The notes under the pieces: generated by a model
Told to the model about the DNA's origin: nothing
The model's database searches: none
Seen by the model: the letters and a program-made list of their open reading frames with translations, nothing else
NCBI GenBank assembly: GCA_004764695.1
Contig: SMSO01000033.1
Coordinates: forward strand, 1,860,001-1,924,000
Direction of reading: 5' to 3'
Length of the DNA: 64,000 nucleotides
From: Schizochytrium sp. TIO01
Taxonomy: Eukaryota > Protista > Bigyra: Labyrinthulomycetes
Position numbers and translations under genes: made by a program
Shown here: positions 46,167-56,912 of the stretch, one piece after another
Position numbering within the stretch: the first letter of the stretch is position 1
Layout: every line of letters starts with the position of its first letter

Positions 46167-48935
46167 ATGAACTGGAAAACTTCATGGCTCGTCGTCCTCG
46201 TGGCGGCGGCCGTCGCTATTGCTGCAGATGCAGCAGTAATTTTGGGCATTGATTTCGGCACCACCTTCATCAAGGTTTCTTATGTACAGCCCGGCAAGGC
46301 CTTTGACATTGTCCTAAACGAAGCCGGTAAGCGTAAGACTGACAACGTCATTGCCTTTGCGCGTGATTCTCGCATCTATGGCAGCACAGCCTCTGCTCTC
46401 TCTGCTCGTGACCCCGAACATGTTTTCTTTCGTACCCGCGATCTTCTTGGTGTTTCTGCCCACAGCGCTGAGGTGCAACACCTGGAGGCTCTTGAGTTCC
46501 CGTACGAGCTTGAGGAAAATCCCTCCACAGGGGGCTTTAAGGTTGTCATGGACAAAGGTACCTCGAAAGAGCGCAAGCTGCTGCCTGAAGAGCTTGTCGC
46601 AATGATTCTCACACACGTGCAGCGGCTCGCTTCCGATTTCACTGAATCTAAGGTTGTTGACTGCGTGTTGACAGTGCCACCGCACTTCTCACAGGCACAG
46701 CGGGAGTCGCTGCTGATTGCAGCAGAGATCGCAGGGCTCAAGGTGCTGACTCTTATTGACGAGAATGTCGCCGCTGCTGTGCAGCATGGCGTCTACACGG
46801 AGTTTAATAACGCTTCGCATAAGATGTTGCTGTACAACATGGGTAGTGCCAGTACGAAGGTCACACTCCTTGATTTCTACGGCAAGTTGCCTCAGGGTGC
46901 CAAGGCTAGCGCCAAGCCCTCCACGCAGATTGACGTGCTTGCAAAGGCTTGGGACCGCACACTTGGTGGCGACTCGCTTGACATGCTCCTCGTTGAGATG
47001 ATTCTTGACAACTTTGAGCAGACCCACGGTACCCAGGCTAGCGAACTCCGTGCGTCCCGCAGGGCTCTTGAGCGCGTTCGTGCCCAGGCGACCAAGATCA
47101 AGACTGTGCTCAGTGCCAATGCCGAGTTCCCGGTGTCCATTGAGAGCCTTCACGACGGAAGAGATGTTAGGTTTCACGTTACAAGACAGCAGCTTGAAGA
47201 CGCTGGAAAGGCTCTCTTTGAACGCGTAATTGCACCGGTAGAAAAGGTTCTTGGACAGGCGGGATTGACCGTAGAGGACATTGATGCAGTGGAGATCATC
47301 GGAGGAGGTGTACGTGTACCGCGCGTGAAAGAGATTCTTTCGCAGTATCTCCAGGGCAAGGAACTCGGAACCCACCTGAATGGAGATGAATCTAAAGCTC
47401 TCGGAGCAGTCTTTGTTGGAGCCAATATGAGCAAGGCATTTCGTGTGCGTCCCGTGGGACTGCGCGAGATTACTATGGACGCTGTCCAGCTCGATCTTGT
47501 CGAGGCAGGAGATGTCCAGATGGAATCCGAGCGGTGGGCGAAGAGCGCAGTGCTATTTAAGACTGGAGATGCACTTGACTCGCGCAAGATTGTAAGTGTG
47601 AATGTATCAAAGGACTTCACATGCGAGCTTTCGCGCACTTCGTACGAGTCTAACGAGCGCACGACTGTGGCATTCTACGAGATCTCTGGAGTGACTGAGG
47701 CCATTGAGCAGTTTGGACAGTTTGGAGAACCCAAAGTCAGTCTCACAATCAAGCTTGACCAAAACGATACAGTGAACTTGCTACAGGCTGAGGCGATCTT
47801 TGTTGAAAAGTTGACACCTTCTCCCGAAGAAGCTGCTGACGCTACTGCTTCAGAGGATGTTGCAGGCGACGCAGAGGATGCAGCTTCGGAGGAGAACAGC
47901 GACAGCGATAACTCGGAAGAAGTTGCGAACGAGGCGGGTGAGGACACAGAGGCGTCAACTGCCGATGACGCAGGAGCAACCGCAGATGGCGATGCAGAAG
48001 CGGAATCCAACGAGGCTGACAAGACCAAGGCTGACAAGACCAAAAGCAAGAAGAAGACCTCCTCAAAGAAGAGCAAGAAGAAAAAGGCGCCTACGCAACG
48101 CACCCATAGGTTTGCTTTGACTGTCAAGCGCACAGATAAGGGCCGGCCTATCCGTCTCATCAGCGAGGCTGCATTGGCAGAGGCTCGTGAAGTGCTTGCT
48201 TCTTTTGAAAAGTATGAAGAGGAACGCCGCAACCATGAAGCGGTGAAGAATGAGGTGGAATCATTCGTGTTTGAGGCTCGTGACCAGGTTCGGTCCGCCG
48301 AGGAGGAGGTCGACTTGGTCATGACTGAGGAGGACAAGACTCAGCTCTTTGATGATTTGGAAGAGCTCGAGGATTGGCTTGATGGAGATGGCGCGGATGC
48401 TCCCTTGGAGGAGTACAAAACGCGCCGTCTTGCTCTTGAGCGCCGTATTCGCAAGCTCATGAACCGTATTGCTGAGCTTGATCAACGCCCGGCCACCATT
48501 CGTGCTGCGCGTGTGCTGATTTCTACTGTGAAGAACCAGGTAGAGTCCGTGTGGGCCAAGGAGCGTCCTTGGATTACGTTAGAGGAGAAGCAGCATGTGC
48601 TAGCTCAGGTTGCTAAGTTCTCCGCATGGCTTGATGATGTTGAGGCTCAGCAGGCGGCCCTGACTTCACAGGAGCCTGCCGCAGTCACAAGTTCTGAGAT
48701 CATGATTCGCTTGGAGTCTGTGCAGGCTGTCCTAGAGCATGCCCTGCGTCGCCCACTCCCCACATTCCCAAAGAAGAAGAAGTCCGCAGCAAAAGTAAAG
48801 GTGAACACCACTGATGATGCAACAACTACGGAGGAGACTGATGAGGATGCAGATAGCCAAGATGAAAAGGACGATGCTGAGACTGAGAGCAACCAGGGTG
48901 AAAACACTGGTGCTGAAGAAAAGGATGAGCTTTGA
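46167..48935 (+). CDS. HYOU1: ER-luminal large Hsp70 / nucleotide exchange factor (GRP170/Lhs1)
   Basis: Signal peptide; ILGIDFGTTFIKV; IVLNEAGKRKT; IIGGGVRVPRV; LNGDES.ALGA; acidic insert; KNEVESF; C-terminal KDEL. Confidence 0.95.
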   Translation: MNWKTSWLVVLVAAAVAIAADAAVILGIDFGTTFIKVSYVQPGKAFDIVLNEAGKRKTDNVIAFARDSRIYGSTASALSARDPEHVFFRTRDLLGVSAHSAEVQHLEALEFPYELEENPSTGGFKVVMDKGTSKERKLLPEELVAMILTHVQRLASDFTESKVVDCVLTVPPHFSQAQRESLLIAAEIAGLKVLTLIDENVAAAVQHGVYTEFNNASHKMLLYNMGSASTKVTLLDFYGKLPQGAKASAKPSTQIDVLAKAWDRTLGGDSLDMLLVEMILDNFEQTHGTQASELRASRRALERVRAQATKIKTVLSANAEFPVSIESLHDGRDVRFHVTRQQLEDAGKALFERVIAPVEKVLGQAGLTVEDIDAVEIIGGGVRVPRVKEILSQYLQGKELGTHLNGDESKALGAVFVGANMSKAFRVRPVGLREITMDAVQLDLVEAGDVQMESERWAKSAVLFKTGDALDSRKIVSVNVSKDFTCELSRTSYESNERTTVAFYEISGVTEAIEQFGQFGEPKVSLTIKLDQNDTVNLLQAEAIFVEKLTPSPEEAADATASEDVAGDAEDAASEENSDSDNSEEVANEAGEDTEASTADDAGATADGDAEAESNEADKTKADKTKSKKKTSSKKSKKKKAPTQRTHRFALTVKRTDKGRPIRLISEAALAEAREVLASFEKYEEERRNHEAVKNEVESFVFEARDQVRSAEEEVDLVMTEEDKTQLFDDLEELEDWLDGDGADAPLEEYKTRRLALERRIRKLMNRIAELDQRPATIRAARVLISTVKNQVESVWAKERPWITLEEKQHVLAQVAKFSAWLDDVEAQQAALTSQEPAAVTSSEIMIRLESVQAVLEHALRRPLPTFPKKKKSAAKVKVNTTDDATTTEETDEDADSQDEKDDAETESNQGENTGAEEKDEL

Positions 48936-51900
48936 AACCATAAATTACTATCTACGTCCTTATTCTATTCTGGGACATGCTGACAAATGTAATTGTCAAC
49001 AAGAACAATGACAAAAGTTACGCTTTCCCATCTTATCACCTTCAAGTGAACAACAACCACAACATAACAAAAATAGAACAAAACAATCCCACTAACCCGT
49101 TCACCATCACAATTGCTGCACTACGCAGACATATACATCATAGAAAAATCTTACTAGATAACTACTACTCCATAATGAATATCTGAAAACAAGTCAAGTG
49201 CCAAATTGTTTTCTGAGCAAGTGCCACTTCTTTGTATGATTTTGTTCTAACAGTTTGTCTCCAAATTCATTACCACTTCAATGAGATTAAGTGAGAAGGG
49301 CCCCCAAAGCTAAAACTTACTTTGTGAATATTTCAGAGTCCTGCTGATGCGCAATCCGAGAGCATCTTTGAGACGACCCGCATAGTCTTTTTGTCTTAAA
49401 CATATGGGATGCCGCAGAGAATGTTGACGAGAATGGATTGAAAAGAGGGGAACCATGTGATAGAGATAAAATGAAAAAAAAAAAGAATGTGAAGAACAAA
49501 TCCACCGAAGGGAATACATACCCCCGAGGTGCGTTGCAAGAAGGACTTCTACGTAAGTTACAGGGGTAATTTACATATAGCAAGTGATCCTGGCTGATAG
49601 AACCTGCAGCTATTTAACAGTGATCAATTGAACATTAGCAAATCTGAATTATATGTTATTGATGCAAAAGACCTCCTTGATCTCCCGAGGTTTTGCCAAG
49701 TACATCGTTTACCTAGCTTGGATACAAATATACCTTGCAATGGTATCTCTTATTAGATTCAGGTTTAAGAATGCTGCTCCATTTTTGCTTTCTTCGCTTG
49801 AAGAAACAAGAAACAAAATGCATGCGCGAAGTGGTCTTGAAAGAAATATATTTTTTACAAAGGTTGAGAGCCGAATCTACCATGCTAGCCTGGCACGTGT
49901 TTGATGTTTGTCAAGTTTGCAAACTCACCTTGCAGTAATATGTCTCTTGTGGTCTAGGAGAGAATATCAAAAATGACGAACACTCAAGGAGAAGTGAGTT
50001 TTACCCATCTTTAGCCATCGATATGTGTTCCTTAATATTTGTTCATTCTCGATTCGCTTCAATCCTCCGTTCGTATGCTTGTGTTCGTAACCTTGTTTGT
50101 CTTTGTTGTTTGTTTCTAGAATTATGTGTTCGTTGCTTCGTTTATGTGTGTGTATTATAGCCTATCATCCAGTCCTAACTTCCTCCAAATTCAATAGGGT
50201 GGCATCCTGCCATTGCATAAGCTAGAGCTAACGGCACAGATGCTGCGAGAAGTCAAATTAATAAATGACATCTACGATTAAAGAGAAATCCTCTGATCGT
50301 TTCCAATTATCTTTTTTGGGCATGCTGGCGATGGTTTATTATACCAAGAATTCCATTAGCACATCCTATGCCCAACAAAGTGCATTCAAGAAACTCAATC
50401 TACTTGAGTGCTTCATCTTCAATCTTCTCCCGACTACTTCATGAGTGCGTTTTCCTCTTCATCCTAGGTGGACCCCTATTCTCTTGATGTTTTCTGCTCA
50501 TCGTTGTCAAGAAATGCAAGTCATGTCCATGCGATGAGTTGAATAAGGCACTTGTGGAGCCCGTTCTCAGTGATCTTCAGAGTCTCCAGCCTCAGCATCG
50601 AGCTCTGCAGCTTTCCTTGCGTGGCGAAGCCCTGCCTCTGCTGCGTTGGCGATGATGCCTGAACCCTGCATGCCGTTGAGCTGGCGAACGTAGTCCATGC
50701 ACGCCGCCTCCACGAACTCGCTGACGCCAGGAAAACGTTGCCCGGTATGGATGTCCACAAGAGAGGTGCCGTTGCTCTCCACGAGGGCGCACGGACGAGT
50801 GTGGCAGTGTTGCGCGTCGTCCCCTGCCCCGAAGGCGCTCGGGAACAAAGTCACGCGGCCTAGGGAGCGCACGCACGGACGGCGCTCCTGAAGACGAGAC
50901 GCGCTGTACATGAGGTGGAACTAAGAGAGTAGATTGAACGAAAGGAGAGGAAACCCAACGAGGCAAAACAAGTTAGGTTGGGCTGCCGAGACAAAGAAAC
51001 GCAAGAGGAAAGACAAAGAGAGATGTAAGGAAAAACTAGTGAAATGAAGGTCGCGTAGATCTCTTGCTGGGCCGCTTGCTAGCTGGGTTTTTCTCGATAC
51101 AGCGATCGAGGGAGCCACGAATGTGAAGGGATGGATGGTGTCGAAGTGATGAAGGAATGGATGACGGTCTTGCTGTGAAGGTTAAGACTACGAACGAATG
51201 TCTTGAAAGGAAGAGGCTACAGCTAACAAGTCCAACCGAACTATCTCCGCACAGCCTTGGGTCAGGGGGTCCTCGAAGGTCTCCTGCCTCCTTGGCTTGC
51301 TTTCTCTGTATTATGTTTGTTTGTTTGTTTATACGTACCTAGCCAGGTATGTATGAATGTATGTACGCATGTATGGCGAGCGAAATACTACTTTACTTCT
51401 CTTTCAGCTCGCTTAAGTAAGTGCCTATTCCTCCATTTCTTTTCTTTTCTTTTCTTTTCTTTTCTTTTCTTTTCTTTCTTTCTTTCTGTTTGTTTGTTTG
51501 TTTGTTTGTTTGTTTGTTTGTTTGTGGTCTCTCCTGCGCCACCCTGACTGTTACACGATTACTCCAACTAGTGCCTGTATCGATAGGCCTCTTCGTTCGA
51601 TAGGCCTCTTTCTCCCACCACTACTACTACCCTCTCCCCTAGGCAGCCCTACCGCCTCTACCACCAGTAACAGCTATCCAGCTACCTCTAGCACAGGCAT
51701 ATGCGCCTTAGAGGCTCCTTCCTTTCTCTGTCTGTCTGTCTGTGGGCACCTGCGGTTCTCGCCATCGGATTGGGTGATTCAGACTTGAGGAGGCAGGCCC
51801 TCTTCGATGGGCGCTCTTGCAAGCGAGAGACAATGCTGCTGAGGGCTGAGACCTCACGGCGAAGGCTCGAGGCCTCTCCGGGCGACCAGTGTTGGCTGAG

Positions 51901-52462
51901 CAGCAGCAGAACAAGCTGCCGAGTTCTGGGTTCTCTCAGGAACCTGAAGGCCTGAGCCACGATGGTGTTCCGCCGTTCTCTGTTCTCTGTTCCTGTTCTT
52001 CCGGAGGCTCGGATTAGGAGCCCTTCAAGTTGAGGCTTCCATGGATTCGTGTGCTTGCAATGCATCAATGCAGAAATGCATAAATGCATGCATGTGCATA
52101 CTCGCCCTTCTTTTGCGTGCACGCGAGGACCTAGCTTTGAGAAAGCCCACTTCGTCTGTGCGGATTGCGAGCACTGTCTGCAGACCCGCAATGAGCGAGC
52201 GATTCTCAAGCGCTTCTGCGGAATAGTCCGTGGAGCAATCTCGAGTCGCCCTTCGATGATTGTTCCAGCTCTCTCTAAATAGTATATCGATAGACTGGTG
52301 AGTGCATGCATCACGACTTCTACTGAAACACATAAGCTGGCGCTAGGACTCCGAAGTCTGGCGAAAGAAAGACTCCTGCTCCCTCACCTATTAGCTAGCT
52401 AGGCAGCTAGCACCTCCTACGAAACGGGTAAACGAAACTAGCACTGGGTGCAAGATTATTAC

Positions 52463-52857
52463 TTTCTTTGCTTTCTTTGCTTTCTTTGCTTTCTTTGCTG
52501 TCTTTGCTTTCTTTGCTTTCTTTGCTTTCTTTGCTGTCTTTGCTTTCTTTGCTTTCTTTGCTTTCTTTGCTTTCTTTGCTTTCTTTGTTTTCTTTGCTTT
52601 CTTTGCTTTCTTTACTTTCTTTGCTTTCTTTGCTTTCTTTGTTTTCATGCTTTCTTTGCTTTCTTTGCTTTCTTTGCTTTCTTTGCTTTCTTTGCTTTCT
52701 TTGCTTTCTTTACTTTCTTTGCTTTCTTTGTTTTCTTTGCTTTCTTTGCTTTCTTTGCTTTCTTTGCTTTCATGCTTTCTTTGCTTTCTTTGCTTTCTTT
52801 GCTTTCTTTGCTTTCTTTGCTTTCTTTGCTTTCTTTGCTTTCTATACTTTCTTTGCT
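52463..52857. repeat. 9-bp tandem array (TTTCTTTGC)n, ~44 units with variants
   Basis: Read directly. Variant units tgtctttgc, tttctttgt, tttctttac and an 8-bp tttcatgc recur. Confidence 0.95.
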
Positions 52858-54890
52858 TACTGATCAGGTACTACCTAGCTAACTAACTGACTGACTATCC
52901 AACAGGTAATGAATGAATGCTGCGCACCGCTTCACTTCCTCCAGGGCAGAGAAATCTCATGGAAAGCAGAGGTGACACCGCCGCGCAGGGAGACCTCAGT
53001 TGATGTTGTCTGTAAGCGCAGACCCCTCCAATGACGCATGTGCAGGTCCTGCGAGGGCTTTCTACCCAGGTCAGGTCAATGGAACTGGAGCAGTCGCAGG
53101 CGGGCCAGCAGGAGACGCGGGCCTAAGGTGAGGCTTTGGAGCCTGCCCAATCAAAGCAGCACAGCAGAGAGGAACCGGCACGATTCCAGTCTGGCACGAT
53201 CAGGAAGCCGCAGATGGTGGTGGCATGGCAGCACGTGTACGCCTGCGTCCACTGCGGCGTGGTCATAGCATAGAAGAGCCTTGCGAGACATGCATTGGGT
53301 CCTTGCTGGTTTTGCATCCGAATAGACTCTCGGCGTCGGCAGCGATCGTGTCTAGCCAGGCATTCGTTTGATTGTCATTAGTTGTCAGCACTGCAGAGAA
53401 GCACGTCAATACCTTCTCACGCTGTCTCCTCAAAGATTAGAACACCCTCGAAACGAAATGAAGAATCGAGAATCAAATTATGCAAGAAAGTGAAGGAAAC
53501 AATAAAATTTATTGGGGCTACGGCTCGAGGATGGAAATGAATTATAAGTTCTTGCAGAAGGCTTAAGAGAAGGGAAATGACGATCAATAGAGAGATAAAG
53601 AGAAGGTACGAATGAATGGGTGCACTCCTTCCGCACAAACTCAGCTCTCATCTTCGAGGACCACTTGAAAGGGTCACGCATGATGAAATAGTGGCTCATT
53701 GTTTTTAAGTGGCCCAAATTCAAGATACATTTTTATTTTTATTTTTATTTTATTTTTATTTACAAGAGAATCATTACTAATAAAACCATGCACCAACTTA
53801 AAATCTCAGGCATGGAACCGCGTTGTGCCAAGATTCAAGAACGGAGAGGTCAGTACACTCGAGAGAAAGATAATGGGTCTTCGGACAATGTAATTAAAAT
53901 ATTCATAGGTAAATAAATATATGTAGCAGGCAATTTTAAGGCACAATCTGTCTCAGAGCCCACGTTCCGGGGTCATCAATTCGATCACCCAGCTTGCCAC
54001 TTTTTACAGCCGCTCATGATCGTGTCGGTAAAGATAAACCCCGGTGTTTTCACCGCGTACCTTGCTTACTCTGGCTGCCTCGCAGGTACAGGATCTGCGC
54101 CTTGTGCGAATTCCTGCCTCTTGTGTTGATGCTAGATATGGATATCCTGCCGCAATGGGCCCTTCAGTAGTGAGTGCTATGGATGAGATGTGCTAGTGCC
54201 AGGTAGCCTACTGGTAGAAAGGAACTTTGATCTTGATCTTCAGTTAGTCGCTCATTGAAACACGACCAGACGGACATCCTAGTGCCTCCTGCGCTTAACT
54301 GCTAGTACTCTGCAATGGTAGTAGCGCAGCTATGGACCCTGGTAGGCGCCCCTTAGCGACGGCGGTAGTAGAAAGAAAGATACAGTTGTGCTAGGCTGGC
54401 AGCATTGCTCACTTACTTAAGGAGAGCACGAGTAAAGGAGAGAGGAGGAGAGAGAGAGAGAGACGTATGCTAGTTAGGTTAGTAGAAAGAGAGAGAGAGA
54501 GAGAGAGAAAGGGAAAGAGAGGGAAAGAGAGGGAGAGGAAGGAAAGCCGAGACAGCCGAGGCAGGCAAGGCAGACAGCCAAGGCAGAGCGGCAGGCGCGC
54601 GAGCTGCCGACACGAGGCTCGAAGACCAACTCAGGGAGGCGCGAGAGCTGTGTGGCGGCTCAAACTCACCCGGGGTGGTCTGACTCTCTCGCGACAGCGC
54701 GGTCGAGAGGAGAGGAGACACAGAGAGCGAAGGAGCTTGCCGTAGCTTGGTCGATCCTGAGCTGCTAGATATCGATCAATACAGATCGTCGGTACAAAAG
54801 TGCTCGCCTATCTATAAATAAATAAATACACATCGAGACCAGAAGAGCACAGGAATCGAAGGTTAGAAAGAAGACTAGACAAGACGCAAA

Positions 54891-56165
54891 ATGTCTGCAA
54901 GTGCAATCTTTTTCACAGACTTGAAGGGCAAGATCCTTATCAGCAGGAACTACCGTGGCGATGTGCCGGTATCGTGCATCGAAAGATTCGCGACCCGCAT
55001 CCAAGAGGAGGAGGAAGCTGACATGAAACCGGTCTTCACGGAGCAAGACGTGACCTTTGTTTACATTAAGTACAACAACCTTTATGTACTATCTGTCACC
55101 AAGAAAAACGCCAATGTGTTCACCATGATGAACTATATGGTGCGCTTGTGCGGTGTGCTCAAGGGCTACTTCGGAGAGGTCTCCGAAGAAAGTATCCGGG
55201 ATAACTTCGTCATCATCTATGAGCTTTTGGACGAGACCATGGACTTTGGCTTCCCGCAGACGACTGAGGAGAAGATCCTCCGCGAGTACATTACGCAAAG
55301 CAGTTTTCGTCTGGAAAAACAGCCACGCCCGCCCATGGCTCTTACCAACGCCGTGTCTTGGCGTTCAGAGGGCATTGTACACCGCAAGAACGAAGTCTTC
55401 CTTGACGTTATTGAGGAGCTCAATTTGCTGGTCTCGGCATCCGGTCAGGTTCTGCACTCTGAGATTCTTGGAAAGATTAAGATGAAGTCCTTTTTGTCCG
55501 GCATGCCCGAGCTCAAGCTTGGCCTCAACGATAAACTCATGTTCAAAGCCTCAGGTCGCAGCTATTCGAAGGGCAAGGCAGTGGAGCTCGAGGATGTTAA
55601 ATTTCACCAGTGTGTGCGTCTCGCTCGCTTTGAAAACGACAGAACAATCAGCTTCATCCCGCCAGATGGTGAGTTTGAGCTCATGAGCTACCGTCTTAAC
55701 ACCCACGTCAAGCCTCTGATCTGGGTTGAAGCGGTCGTTGAGCCCCACAAGTCTAGCCGCATCGAATATCTCATCACGGCGCGCTCACAGTTTAAATCAA
55801 GATCTATCGCCAACAATGTGGAGATTACCATTCCCGTGCCCACCGACGTGGACTCGCCCTCCTTCAAGACCACCATTGGTACCGTAACCTATGTACCGGA
55901 CAAGGACGCGATCGTGTGGTCCATCAAGCAATTTTATGGTGCCAAGGAGGTCGTCATGCGTGCTCACTTTGGCCTTCCATCCACCTCGGACCCCAACGAC
56001 ACTTCGTGGAAGCAGCCTGCCACTGTGAAGTTTGAGATCCCGTACTTTACTGTCTCTGGTATTCAGGTTCGGTACTTGAAAATCATTGAGCGTAGTGGAT
56101 ACAGTGCATTGCCCTGGGTACGCTATATTACACAGAACGGCGATTATAGTTTACGAATGAGCTAG
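54891..56165 (+). CDS. AP1M1: AP-1 clathrin adaptor complex mu subunit
   Basis: DLKGKILISRNYRGD, EESIRDNFVIIYELLDE.MDFGFPQ, NAVSWRSEGI, SFLSGMPELKLGLND, DVKFHQCVRLARFENDRTISFIPPDG, FEIPYFTVSGIQVRYLKIIE, ALPWVRYITQNGDY. Confidence 0.97.
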   Translation: MSASAIFFTDLKGKILISRNYRGDVPVSCIERFATRIQEEEEADMKPVFTEQDVTFVYIKYNNLYVLSVTKKNANVFTMMNYMVRLCGVLKGYFGEVSEESIRDNFVIIYELLDETMDFGFPQTTEEKILREYITQSSFRLEKQPRPPMALTNAVSWRSEGIVHRKNEVFLDVIEELNLLVSASGQVLHSEILGKIKMKSFLSGMPELKLGLNDKLMFKASGRSYSKGKAVELEDVKFHQCVRLARFENDRTISFIPPDGEFELMSYRLNTHVKPLIWVEAVVEPHKSSRIEYLITARSQFKSRSIANNVEITIPVPTDVDSPSFKTTIGTVTYVPDKDAIVWSIKQFYGAKEVVMRAHFGLPSTSDPNDTSWKQPATVKFEIPYFTVSGIQVRYLKIIERSGYSALPWVRYITQNGDYSLRMS

Positions 56166-56912
56166 TCGTGAATATGCTATCTCTGCCTCTCACAGGCCAG
56201 CAAAGGCACCGCGATTGTGACAAGAGAGGCGAAGTAAGTAACAAAAATTATCATAGTGTGCGAGAAAGAGAGAGAGAGATGCACAGATTGGGAGGTCGAG
56301 GCACCACTTGCTCAAAATTCTATTCTTTCATTTTTTGTTTGTTTGTTTATTTAATTGCTTGCTTGCTTGCTTGCTTGACGGTGCTCCCTGAGCTTATTTC
56401 TACATACCTTTCTGCTCCTGGTTACCTCGCTTTGACGCTCACCAGATGGTCCCCAGCTCACGATGCATGCGAAATTAACCCGCAGATACGTCAAGAATTT
56501 GTATGAACATCACATCACAGCTGAATATAGATTTCGGTGCAGTAAGAACTTCATCTGCTCCTTCTTCTCATAATAGTGTCGAAATGTGACTGTCGCAGTA
56601 GCAGCAAAAACAACGTCACATGAACCATGGCAGCAGCATGGCAGAAGTTAACAATTTCTATTGCTTGTAACTGCCTTTCCCAATTCCCAATTATGTCCAT
56701 TCCATCCTCTTTTCAACTTTCCATCCTTGTTACATTCCCTCCTTTTCTCAATTCAAAAAAAGAAAAGAAAAAGAGAAAATGGATGCCATGCTGTTCTCTT
56801 TTTGCAAATGCTCATTCCTAATATTGTAGTTGCCGCAATTACTAGTGATGCAGATTCCTCGCTGCTGGCAGGTATAATGTGTGGAGTCTCTGAATTCAAA
56901 GACAATACAAAC

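Noticed and set aside
46314-48941. Antisense and alternate-frame ORFs within HYOU1, AP1M, USP and the VWD-like genes
   Set aside because: Shadow ORFs of GC-rich coding sequence, without recognisable motifs.
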